DNA of 64,000 nt from Camelus dromedarius (lineage: Eukaryota), in contig NC_087438.1 in assembly GCF_036321535.1 (NCBI RefSeq), forward strand, positions 12,216,001 through 12,280,000, given 5' to 3'. The translations under genes and the position numbers were made by a program. This document shows, piece by piece, positions 41,532 through 53,594 of this stretch. Under the pieces are notes generated by a model. That model made no database searches. It worked only from the letters and a program-made list of their open reading frames with translations, and was not told where the DNA came from. Each line of letters starts with the position of its first letter. Position 1 is the first letter of the stretch.

Positions 41532-43902
41532 AATTACTTTTATGACTGATGATGTATACCCAATGTAATGCAATAGCTTTAGTATCTCATGTTATTTCTA
41601 CTCTGCTCAACAATTTCATCAACTCCAACAAAGATGGAACAGTGGAAATACGATACCAGAATTATCTGACATAGCAGTTACACTGAACTTCTTTTCCTAG
41701 AACTTTCGATCTCATTTCATCGGTCTGCTTAATTTCTGTTACAATTTGAAATGTTAAATGACATATTCAAAATACATTGGCTAAACATTCAACTTCTAGT
41801 TCAAGGGACTACTACTACTACTGTTCTGTTAACACAGATGGCAGATGATAAATATTATAGAAGTAAACTAAGTAAACTCACCATTTTACGCTAGTTTAAA
41901 TTGTGTTCTTGATACCATAAACAGTAGCTTAGTAATGGAGTGTCCACGGGGTGTCACAGTCATGTGCTAAGAGCCTAAATAATAGTAACACTAACCTAAC
42001 CCTCAGTAAGACAGGAATTCCCACCCCAAAACTGAGGTTCACAACTTAAGTCCCTGCCTAATGTCACATAGCTGGTGACCAAGCCAGGTCTCAAATCTTT
42101 CCAATTCCCAGATCCATGCTCTTTCCACACACCACACTATTTGACTCCTTCAAATAATTCATTAATAAATAAAATGCATCAATAGGTCAGTCAACAACTA
42201 AAATATAACCACACACAAAGGTCCCTCTAGGTAGCCAATTAACACACCCAACTCCTTCTAGAAGGGAAAATTTAAGTTAGAAAAATCCAACTTACAATTT
42301 ACTCCCTCAGTGCCAATGATGACCCTGTTTAAAACACACCAGCCCAGGACCTAAAACATCTGTCGTCACCGTTACTCGGGATCCTCACTTATTCAACCTC
42401 GAGTGTGATGAAAGCATTTGGGGACAGCAAGCTGGACCTCCGGGCTCTGGAAGGAGTGGGACCCAGAGGAGGGGCCACAGGTACAAGCATTTGCAAGAAG
42501 TTCCAGGTGGCTGGAGCCCAAGGTTGAAATGGCATTGGCTGCAATTCCCCTTGTGAGTTCTGCGACTCTCCTGACAGCCCCTACTAGGACCCTACACAAG
42601 GCCCTCCCCGTGGGCGTCCCCTTTCTCTTTATTGTGGGAATTTTAAGTTGTCAACTCTAAACTTCTTCAATCCTCCAAGATGAAGATGGAAAACAGCATC
42701 AAAAATGAACAGGAAGTGCTTCTCTATAAATTCTGAAGACTGCCTTCTTTAAAGAACACAATAACGCCAACGGGACGAGTTCCCATTCCCGCACAAGTCA
42801 GTCACATACCAATGATTCCCACTTTGGGCTGAGACACAGGTCCCCAACTTCCAGAAAGAATGACACAACTGATTGTCAGTCCTGATTTCTTTATGAGCAA
42901 ACAGCTGCTTTCTCAAAAGAACGTTTACTGCGACTCCCAGAGGCTACACAGCTTACAGTTTCTTTTACTTGAGTTTTGCTGTGGTTCTTTTCAACCTTCT
43001 CACTTGAAAGTATTACAAAGCCCTTTGCTGACACAGTCCTACACGATCAAACACACAGTGCAACTTCCGGAGTCCAAAGGTCTTTCTCAACAGGTATGAA
43101 GAGCTGCTGATAAACAAGTTCTACAAAACCCAGCCCAGACTTCAAATCTAGAGCCCACTGGCTGGTATTTCTCAACCTACAGTGGAGTCCTCCACAGGTA
43201 GAGAGGGAAATACATTCAAAACATGCCCTTTGTTCTTTGAAAAAGTTTAAACAGGCGATTTCCATAGAATCAAAATTGCAAAGTCAAACTGTTGAAATGG
43301 ATATTTTTATACAGATTGTTCTGAGATTGTTCTGGGTGGTTTCTCTCAGCCCCCAAACTTTCTGTTCCCTTCTATTTGAATAGAACACATATGCCCAGGT
43401 CCAGCAAAGAGGCCACCCACAGGCACTGGAAAACAAAGTCACAGACATTTACCAGACCATCCAAGTTTGAGTGGGGAAGAAAAATTTGCCTGCCATATGC
43501 AAACCATTATATCCTGTCATTGTTAAATAAGGCTGATAATTTAAGTACAATGCAGGCATATGGAGAAAGCTCCCAGCATATAGAGAAAACTCACTATTGG
43601 AGTAAAAATATGCCTCTAAAAGCAGGTGGAAGAAGTTTGATCACGAAATACATGTTTTATTAAATCTTGGGACATTTTCACCTTAATCTGAGACAATATG
43701 TGTTAAATTAAACTTCTAAAAACTTTTCTGCACATCATCACCAGCAAGTTTTACAAGACAAAGCAGGTGCATACAAATTCCCGTCTCTTTGATCTTCAGA
43801 ACAATCCTCTAAGATAGGGAAGTAAGTAATACCTTCCCTTCTTCAAAAACGAGGTTCATAGGCATTCCATCTTTCCACTGCCAGCAAAAGATTTCCTGAC
43901 TC

Positions 43903-44436
43903 ACCCTCTCTTCCTTGGCGCTACCTACAGAGGTGGCAGCCATCTCCTAGTCGGCATCACGGCCACCCTCAGACCCCTCGTGAAGCCCAGGATCGTCAAA
44001 AAGAGGACCAAGAAGTTCATCCGGCACCAGGCAGACCGATTTGTCAAAATTAAGTGGAACTGGCTGAAACCCAGAGGCACTGACAACACGGTGCGCAAGA
44101 GGTTCAAGGGCCAGATCCTGATGCCCAGCACTGGCTACGGGAGCAACAAGAAAACAAAGCATACGCTGCCCAGCGGCTTCCGCAAGTTCCTGCTCCACGA
44201 CGTCGAGGAGCTCGAAGTGCTGCTGATGTGCAGCAGATGTTACTGTGCTGAGATTGCTCACAACGTCTCCTCCAAGAACCGCAAAGCCACTGTGGAGAGA
44301 GCAGCCCAGCTGGCCATCAGAGTCACCAATCCCAACGCCAGGCTGCGCAGCGAAGAAAACGAATAGGCAGCTCATGCACGTTGTATTTGTGTTAATAAAA
44401 CCATGAAACTCAAAAGAAAAGAAAAGAAAAAAAAAA
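43903..44436 (+). pseudogene. RPL32: Processed RPL32 (60S ribosomal protein eL32) retrocopy, full length, antisense in MYO10 intron 1
   Basis: Intronless. Pyrimidine 5'TOP-like start (ctctcttcc). CDS-equivalent 43959-44366 is 135 codons plus TAG, with the initiator changed to ACG. AATAAA at 44394-44399, A-rich tail 44412-44436. TSD aaaagatttcctgactc (43886-43902) / aaaagatttcctggctc (44433-44449). Confidence 0.96.
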
Positions 44437-44459
44437 GATTTCCTGGCTCTAATTTAAAA

Positions 44460-45500
44460 AAAAGACTGACTATATCAAGTGTTGATGACAATGTGGAGAA
44501 GCTGGTGGTGATATAACACAGTACATCCACTTACGAAAACAGTTTGGCACTTCCTTAAAAAGTGAAACATAACCTTACCATATGCCCCAACAATTCAACT
44601 CCTAGGATATATACCTACTCAAATTAAAAAAAAAATTTTTTTTAAAAAGCCTTGTATGCAAATATTCAGAGCAGCATTATTCCTAATAGCCAAATACTAG
44701 AAATCATTTCCTAAAAGTTGAGTTAATGCTTTATTCAGGGACCTTACTGAGAACTAAAGCCCAGGAGACTCAGATTGCTTTGAGTAACAAGTTCCAAAGA
44801 GGTAAGGGAGGAATCAGGATATACGGGAGTTTTTGCTGGGATGGGGGAGGGGGGAATGAGTCGAATGTCAAAAGATTACTGCTAATCACAAAAACCAGAC
44901 ACCTCAAGTTAATGATTTTAGTTATGCTCAAGTTACGATTTTCCACATATGGGAAGATGCAAGAGTCTAGACTCACTGAAATTATTCCTTAGATATACAT
45001 TAATTATCTAGTGTTTTTCTCCATCCTCAGTTCCCCTTGGGGTAAACCACTGGTGGCAGCTACAGGAGCTGATCACAGGCAACATCTTTTTGTCTGCACA
45101 CTCAAATGTCCATCAACAGGTACAGGATTTCTACACAATGGAAGTCTTAGTAACAAAAACCAAATCACAGAATCACCAACAAGGATGAATCTCAAAAATG
45201 CTAAATGAAAGAAGCTACACACAAAAAAGCACATATTATAGGGTTCCATATACATGAAATTTCTGGAAGAGGCAAATCCATAGACACGGAAACTAGATGC
45301 ATAGATGCCCAGAGCTAGGTGTAGGGGCGGAGAGACACACTGACTGAATGGGGAGAAAGGAACTTTGGGGCACAATGGAACTATTCTAAAACTGGATTGT
45401 GCTGATGGCTGCACAACTGTATAAATGCACTAAAACTCATTCAACTGTGAATCTACAATGGGTATGTAATTACACCTTGGTAATTCCAAATCATTAAAAA
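44460..45500 (+). mobile_element. Old L1M 3' fragment split by an LTR insertion (L1 parts ~44460-44704 and ~45101-45500)
   Basis: L1 text stops at aatagccaaatactagaaa and resumes at ctcaaatgtccatcaaca, which are adjacent in the L1 consensus. Confidence 0.75.
44705..45100 (-). mobile_element. Solo ERV1-class LTR, same family as 19092-19530, nested in L1
   Basis: Reverse-complement matches to the 19-kb LTR: cctaaaagttgag, tcaaaagattactg, tgggaagatgcaagagtct. AATAAA on the minus strand at 44730-44735. Confidence 0.8.
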
Positions 45501-46532
45501 AAGTTCATCTCCCAGCCTACATACTTCTCACTGATACATGAACACAATGTTTAACCATTCCATTATGGGAAAAACCCAATCATGTTTCTATAACTGACCT
45601 ATGGTGGTATCACACACACACACACACACAACACAGCCATAATGACCACATGTAAGAGCTGTGTTAAAACTCTGAAGATCAGTGTTGGGTTCATTAAGTC
45701 CCCGCTCTCCATTAACGCAGACTAGCAGGGTTCAGAAGCTACAAGGAGACTTGTCCAAGTTCATCTCCAGATGAGGCTGTGGTCAAGGGTATCCTTGTCT
45801 CAATTACTGGCCCCCCTCCTGGGAAGATTATCATAAATCCCCAGCCAACTGTCTATGACTTGCATTACCTCCCAGGCGAGGAATTGTACCTGGCGCCTTC
45901 CTGTTACCATGGCAACATAACATAGCTACGCAAAGCCTAAAATATTCACCTCCTGGGCCTTTGCACAGGAAGTCTGCTGATCCTAATTTAAGGTAAATAG
46001 AAGATAAAATCACTATCAAAGATTTCAACCTACTGTTGCCCCATTTAAAAAAAATTATTTTTAACTATTACATTTCTCTTCTGATTTTAATAATGATCTT
46101 TCCTGAACTTTGAAACACTGAAGTTTAAAAATAAGGTAGGAAAACAACTCCAAAAAAGAGATAATGACGATGGACTTGAAATACTATGCTGTGTGGCATG
46201 TTCTAATTACAGATTCACAGAAACGAGAACATTCTTTAGCCAAACACACAGCTCAGTCAGACCCAGAACAAGGCACCACACCTATTTTTCTCCCATAACT
46301 GCTTCCCTGGCCCACGTTAAGTACCACGGTTCAGAAGTCTCTAACAACTTAAATGATAAAGTCACAATTTGTTCTGGAAATGTGATCTCCTTTTTTTTTT
46401 TTTCCAGACAAAGATGTCAAATAGTTTTGTAAGATAAGATAAATTAATACAGCTATTTAAATCTGCAGTAAATTCAGCAACCAAAAAGGTTCTCTTTTGC
46501 CTACAATGACTTAGTAAAGAAGTAACCTGGCT

Positions 46533-47217
46533 TAATTATGGACAATAGTATGGAAATTCCTTAAAAAAACTGAAAGAAGACTTAGCCTATGATCCAGCAA
46601 TCCCACTCCTGGGCATATATCCAGAGGAAACTCTAATTCGAAAAGATACATGTACTCCAATATTCACAGCAAAACTATTTACAGCAGCCAAGATATGGAA
46701 GCAAACTAAACGTCCATCAACAGATGACTGGATAAAGAAGATGTGAGATACACACACACACACTTGCACACAATGAAATACTACTCAGCCGTAAAAAAGA
46801 ATGAAAATAATGCCATTTGCAGTAACACAGATGAACCTGGAGATCGTCATAATAAATGAAGTAGCCAGAAACAGAAAGAAAAATACCATAGGGATCACTT
46901 ATATGTAGACTCTTATAAAAAAAAAAAAAAGACACATAGAAAACAAACTTATGGTTACTGGAGGGAAAGGAGGTGGGGAGGAATAAATTGTGAGTTTGAG
47001 ATACTAACTGCTGTATATAAAATACATAAACAACAAAGTCCTACTGGATAGCACAGGGAACTATATTTAATACCTTGTAATGGCCTATCATAAAAAAGAA
47101 TATGAAAAAGAATATATATATATGTATGTACAAGTGAGTCACTATGCAATACACCAAAAATTAACACAACATGGTAAATAGACTACACTTCAGTTATGCT
47201 TCAATTAAAAAAAGAAG
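46533..47217 (+). mobile_element. 5'-truncated L1 3' end with a perfect 16-bp TSD
   Basis: tatgatccagcaatcccactcctgggcatatatcca...; TSD aagaagtaacctggct at 46517-46532 and 47218-47233. Confidence 0.93.
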
Positions 47218-47344
47218 AAGAAGTAACCTGGCTCAGAAGATGTCTCATGTAACAGGCGGGGACTTGGAGGGACCTTGTTCTTGATGACACTCAATTCCAG
47301 AAACAGGGTGTGGGTAATATATTATAGTACAAGGATTTAAAGAG

Positions 47345-47730
47345 CATTTAAAAAGTTGAGGTACAATTGAAATGTGACATATTAGTTCTAGGTGTACAAC
47401 ACGATGATTTGATATTTGTATATACAGAGAAAGTCTGTAACATCCATCTAGTTAATTAACATCCATCACTACACAGTTAATTTTTTTTCTTATGAGAACT
47501 TTTAAGATCTACTCTCTTAGCAACTTGCAAATATACAATACAGTTAACGTTACTGTAGTCACCGTGCTGTCCATACATCCCCAGGACTTATTTTATACCT
47601 GGAATTTTGCACCTTTTGACTCCCTTCACCCACCCCCTACTTCTAGAAACCGATAACCTGTTCTCTGTATTTATGAATTGGTGGGGGTGGGAGGTCTGGG
47701 GAGAGGTTTCACATGTAAGTGAGATCTCCT
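47345..47730 (-). mobile_element. L1MA-like 3' end
   Basis: taggtgtacaacacgatgattt...gagaacttttaagatctactctcttagcaactt...tagtcaccgtgctgt...cacatgtaagtgagatc. Confidence 0.8.
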
Positions 47731-50242
47731 CTGTTTTACAGTCATTTTTGTGGTTGTTGGGAGTAGGAAATACCTTCTCATCAACTTATGTTATTTTTTT
47801 CTAATCCTTATTTCTCAAATCCACCTCAAAGGACACACGGCATTTATCACATACAAAGCTCGAACGCAGGTGCCTCAACCTCGTCACGACTGACACCATG
47901 GATGAGGTCATTATTTGTTGTCGGTGAGGGGACTGCCCTGGTTGGGAACCACTGGTCTAGAGTAACATTAAGTTCTAGAGCCACAAGCAAATTAAACGAG
48001 TTTTCAAAACCATTAATTGAAAGCAGACTCCACCGTCTAAATTCTAGGAATTTCCACAACCTCCGGAAGTAGGATCAGCCCAGATGCAGTCTACCTGGGG
48101 CAGGTCTCATTTCCAGTGACCTCGGCTGGGTGCTGACCGGAGGGAGGGAGGCGCCTCCAAGGTCTGATTCAAAACATCTGACGAAGGGAGGGAACAAGGG
48201 CCCCGAAGCCGAGGGCTTGATGACGGTGCTGGAAGGCTCGCTCTTCTCCCTTCCCTCTGTCCACTGCGCTGTTTGGGGTTTGTTTGGTTTTTTTTTAAAT
48301 GCACTTTTCATGTTTAGAACTGACTTAATGTTTTTACGCAGATGGTTGGAACTGCACAGACAAAACCTGCCAAAAACCTGCGCTCTTTTCACCTTGGGGC
48401 GACTTCAACCCCACGTGCTTGCAAAGCTCGATGCACAAGTTGTCAGAATGTCTGGAAACAGCGCAGATGAGAAGGAAGGGGAGCATAATCACACGTACAA
48501 AATGAGTATGAAAGATGCAGCGGGGACAAAGGAGCACGGCTGGCTGGGGACAGACCCAGGAGACTTCAAAATGAAAGAGCAAAGTGGAACCCAAGATATC
48601 TCCCCCGCAGAGACGGCCACCTCTTCATCCCCTAGGAGGGGACCTGGAAATAAGCAAGCAGCAGGGCAGCCACCGTCCCCAGCATCCCCACAGCAGTGGG
48701 TGGCCTGTGCACCCCTGACCACACAGTAGGCAGAGAGCTCGGGGCCACGGGGGCTGAGTGATCCCCTGATTCACTTCCTCCATGGGACTGGGGGTTCTCA
48801 GACCTGAGGCTAGTACTCCTTTCTGCACAGCTGTGTTAGGCTCCAAAGAGCCCAGGGCTGCTCAGCACCGAACGGAACCTGCAGGTTTCAGGCTCAGTTC
48901 TCAAAGGGGGCAGAACTCAGCTAGTGCCCGGCCAGCACTGACCGCTGGGGAGGGAAAAGGAGGAACAGGAGGCTCAAGAGAGAAAATGTGAGCACACAGC
49001 CTGGAATGTCGGAAATACGTGATGTGAAGATCCCAAGTTTGTACCATTTGCCTGTGGCTGTGGAACGGAGGTGGTGTTTGTTCTCTGTAACAGGCAACAC
49101 CAGGAACAACTGTTCTACACCCATTGGAGCTGATGCCACCATCACATTCTAGAGGAAAGGGTGTTGCTGACATTCTTTTTCAGAACTTGGACAACCCCTC
49201 CCCGCAACCGCTCCCAAGGCTGTCAGAAGTGCTGCGTAACTCCCCAGACAGGCCTACAGACGTCTTTAAAGGCAGTGCTTTTTAAGATAAGAAATACATT
49301 CCAGCCATTTGTAGCTACAGTGCATTTGTAGCTGTGTCACCACCATCATCAACATCATTTCTTGGGCTTGCCTACGAGCCTAAGGAGCCTATACAGCACT
49401 GTCCCTACAGGAAGATGTGTAATGTCCCAAGCATCTAACCCTAAACACACCTGAAAAACAGCATGGGTGTTTACTGAGCTTGCCCACATTCATTACGATA
49501 AAGTCCACAATTGGTCCTATGTCTTTGGGCAACAACCAGTGAGAAGGATCACGTGGCATCCATATTCTTTCCCGTTGTCCGCCCATAAGGTCACACTCTG
49601 TCACCACGATGAGGTGTAGCTTCAAAACAAACATGACATGAAAACACAAAACAACATGAAACGTACATGAAAAGCAGGAGATGGAAAGGGAGAAAAAAGA
49701 AAAGAAAACAGTAAAAGCTTTTGCCAAACTAACCTTTGCTCAAGGTTCCCCATGGAAAGATACAAAAAAGGAGTCATCGACATCCCCGACTCCCAATCAA
49801 AATCAGAGCCAAAACAAACTATGCTAAATGGCCACAACACCTAATTTGTGAACATATAATTCTTTAAAGAGTTTATTTCCATGGTTATGGGGTTTCAACT
49901 TGCTGACTGACTCAGCCCTGGTTTTAGATTCTGATTTTTCCTGCCTTCCTCAGAACTCTTCAAAACAGCTTTTCAGTTACCCTTTTAAACTACAGTGACT
50001 AGAACTATCCCAGAAAACACGTTAACACTGAGAGAAATGAGACATCTCCAAGTTGCTGAGACAATCTCAGACACTGTAGGAATGTGAAAATCCAAGGAAC
50101 AAAAATCAAATTATTCCACTATTAATTAACCAATCATCACAAAGCCAACATATATGTTTAAAAGAGATCAGAAAATAGACCCAAAGTATTAGCCAATGCG
50201 CCTAAAATTCATTCAATCATCTGTAAGTCACCTCTCCCATAA

Positions 50243-50317
50243 ATCCATCCATCCACTCATCCATAAATCCATCCACTCATCCACCCATTCATCCAACCAC
50301 TCATCCATACATCCATC
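50243..50317. repeat. Degenerate (TCCA)n microsatellite
   Basis: atccatccatccactcatccataaatccatccactcatccacccattcatcc... Confidence 0.8.
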
Positions 50318-51159
50318 TGGCTGCCCTTCCACAAGCCCATCCTTCCCACCTTCCCACAAGTATCTTTTGAGCCACTACTATGTACCAGGCGCTGTGAAAG
50401 ATTCACCCGTATATAAACCATTCCTGCTCTGAAACATTTACAATATGTTAGAGGTAAAATGATGCCTGTTCTAATACCTTCATCCTACAGTCTTTCTTCC
50501 AAAGGAAGTAATTATGCAACAGGAAGAGCAGTAGAATAAGGCAAGAAAGAGAAGTAGCTAATTGGGGAAAGGACGTGCAGACCCTATAAAATGAATAAAA
50601 CTGTTCTGCTTTTAAGGTCTCAAAAACTAGTGGGAAATCCTCTCTAAGGGACACAAAATAGCTGGCTTTAGAACTGCATTCCAGTCTCCCTTTTAGTGGA
50701 AACAGTAGGAGATATAGAACAGAAGGGATAACAAAAGACCATTACAAGATGTTTTCACTCTTCGTGGAATGTAATACCAGACATCCCTTACCTTTTATTT
50801 CCTAGAGTTTGTCCTTTCCTATTCTTGACAAGAATACTTTTCTTAAACACACACACACACAAGCCATAAACAAACAAAAACTAGTAAGATAATCTTCATG
50901 CAGCCCTGACTGTGTTCTGGCTACCATCTGTTTTTAGAAAAAATACACAAACTTACTCAGAACAGGAGTTTGTCATTACTTCATAAAAACGAATGACCCA
51001 AGGACACAGTAGGAACTAAATAAAATGGCTATTTCTCATCTCAGCTGCACATAGATTAATTCCTCTACAGAATTTTACTGAATTTCAAAAACATTTCATG
51101 TTTTTCATGAAGTCATACTGCCTGAATTAAGAGATGCTTAAGAGACAATCCAGTCCAAT

Positions 51160-52010
51160 CAAAGAGACAAGAAAACATGTTGGTGAGGACGTGGAGAAAC
51201 TAGAATCCTCATACCCTGCTGGTGAGAATGTGAAACAGTGCAGCTGCTGCAGAAAACAGTCTGGTAGGTCCTCAAAAAGTTAGAAGACAGAGTTACCAGA
51301 TGACTCAGGAATTCCACTCTCAGCTGTATACCCAGGAGAAATGAAAACATATGTCCACACAATAACTTGTACACAAAGGTTCACACCAGCATGATTTACA
51401 ACAGCCCAAAAGGGGGAACCCCCTTAGTGTCCATCAACTGAAGAACAGATTTTTTTTTAATGTGACATATTCATAGAATGGAGTATTATTCAGTGATTTA
51501 AAAAAGAGGAAATGTTACATGTTGCAACATGGATGAGCCTTGAAAACATTACACTAAGTGAAAGCAGCCAGTCACAAAGGACCACACATCACGTGAGCCC
51601 ATTTACATGAAATGTCCCAAAGGTAAAGCCATGCAGACAGGAAGCAGATTGCTGGTTGCCCAGGGCAGGTGTAGGCAGTGACTGGGACTAGGGAGTGACT
51701 GCTGATTGGTGTGGGGTTTCTTTCTGGAGTGATGAAAATGTTCTGGAGTTAGACAGTGGTGATGGCTGCACAACTATTAGTATATATTAATACTATAATA
51801 TTGTTACAATGTTAGTATAATATATTAGTGTAGTATTATATATTAATAACTATTAGTATGATACAATATTAACATATACTATATAAATAATATTAGTATA
51901 AACTAATAACGTAACAGTACTATATTTAGTGAATATACTAAAAACCACTGAATGGGATACTTTAAAAAGACTCACATCCATGATACGTGAATCATCTCGC
52001 AAATAAAAAA
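51160..52010 (+). mobile_element. L1MB-like 3' fragment containing an AT-rich expansion (51776-51927)
   Basis: tgttggtgaggacgtggagaaactagaa...atggatgagccttgaaaacattacactaagtgaaag...gtgaatatactaaaaaccactgaat. Confidence 0.88.
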
Positions 52011-52019
52011 GGAGAGGGG

Positions 52020-52088
52020 CTGCTCTCCCTTCTGAAACCAACCGGATTCTGTCCATGGAATGTCTCTCTCTAAATAAACTTGCTTTCA

Positions 52089-52119
<31 letters not shown>
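52020..52119 (+). mobile_element. Short polyadenylated retro-insert resembling an ERV LTR R region
   Basis: ctgctctcccttctgaaacc...attctgtccatggaatgtctctctctaAATAAActtgctttcactt followed by 28 A. Flanked by aaaaaaggagaggg / aaaagaggagaggg. Confidence 0.7.
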
Positions 52120-52124
<5 letters not shown>

Positions 52125-53594
52125 GAGGGAGACAGACAAGCAAGAAGAGAAAGACAGGCTGCCCCGTACCTGGCTTCATTCACTCCCTGGATCCAGTTCA
52201 CCAAAGGCCATCTTGAGCCCTGACCTCCCGCGTTAAATATGCCAAGAAGGTCCTCTTTTCGGTGTACACTGGTTTTTATTGAGTCTCCATCATTTACAAG
52301 CAAAGGAAAATCAGTATGATTTTTCAGCAGACCAATGTCAGGACTTCAGAAGACACCTAGAAAGCGACTCCCTCACCGAGAGACCTCTGGAAATGGCCAT
52401 AGCTAGCTAGCTGTGTATGCTTTCCCAAGAGCAGCAGGACAAGTTATGTCAGAGCTTGGACGGTGTGATGCATGTTACACTAGAACTCTTACCACCTGAA
52501 TTACAGGAGGCAGGGGTGGGCTGTTTTCCTTGCCAGTGAATTCCCAGCCAAGAGCAGGGCCGGGCACACTCGATGAGGGACAAGTGTTGATTCACTCTCA
52601 ATCCCAAATCCCATCGCAGGGCCCTGCTCTCTGCTCTGGGAACACACGGTGACCCTTAGAGGCACAGTGCTGCTCACAGAGAGACGAAAGGCCGCTCAGG
52701 TTGCAGTAAAGAGGCCGTGAAAACCACACAGGCTGCTCCCCCTGCAGTGTGGACTCAAACCTCAGCTTCACTACCTGTGGCTCAGGACAACTGTTAATAC
52801 CTGAGACTTCTCTGTACAAGATGAGAGTCATCTAAACTTGTCTGCTGTCCAAGCACAAGAAGGGCACTCGGGACAGCTAACCAAAGTGCTCCAAAGCCGC
52901 AGGGCCCTCGACACAACGTGGCAGTGTCTGTATTTGGGGTCTTGCTGCCAGCACCCTCCGGGGTCACGCCCAGAACGGCTTTTAGCCATGGTACAGCTTT
53001 CATTTTTCTTTCCTCTGAATGCCTTGCTATAGAACCTAGGAACACAAAGGCCTAGTTTAACTCACCAGGCGAACCAACCTTTCCTCCAAACCCACCAAAG
53101 CTACAACTTCGGTTTCTTTCCAGCTCCGAAGCATTTAAAAATAACTCACAAAGACAAGCTACACCCAGCAGGAAGGTGATGGAGGTGAAAAGGACGGAAA
53201 TGTTTTACTTGACTTAAGTGCCTGTGTTTCTTCTAGTTGATACCTACCAAGATTTTCTCTCAATAAAATTATTTCTCTCTTGTGGCAAACCATTTTCATT
53301 ATTCTCCAAACTCCATCTCTTCTTGGGTTCCATAGAGATTTGGGCACAGAATGACATTTTCTCTAGGAGACAGCATATCCAACAGCCCAGTGGCAACGCC
53401 TGCTTGTGCCTGCATTACTAACTTGGGGTGAAATCCCAGACTCTTCCCCAAGGACACAGGCCTCTGCCTCCTTCCTCAGTGAGCACCAGACATGGAGGAG
53501 TGAGGACACGGGGCACCTGGAGTAGAACAGACCAGAGAGGCTGCAGAATGTAGTCGGGGTTCTGGTGGTTTTGCTGTTGTTGCTGTAAATCAAC

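Noticed and set aside
43947..44375. 142-aa ORF antisense to the RPL32 retrocopy
   Set aside because: It is a shadow of the RPL32 coding strand, has no independent protein signature and does not extend meaningfully beyond the retrocopy.
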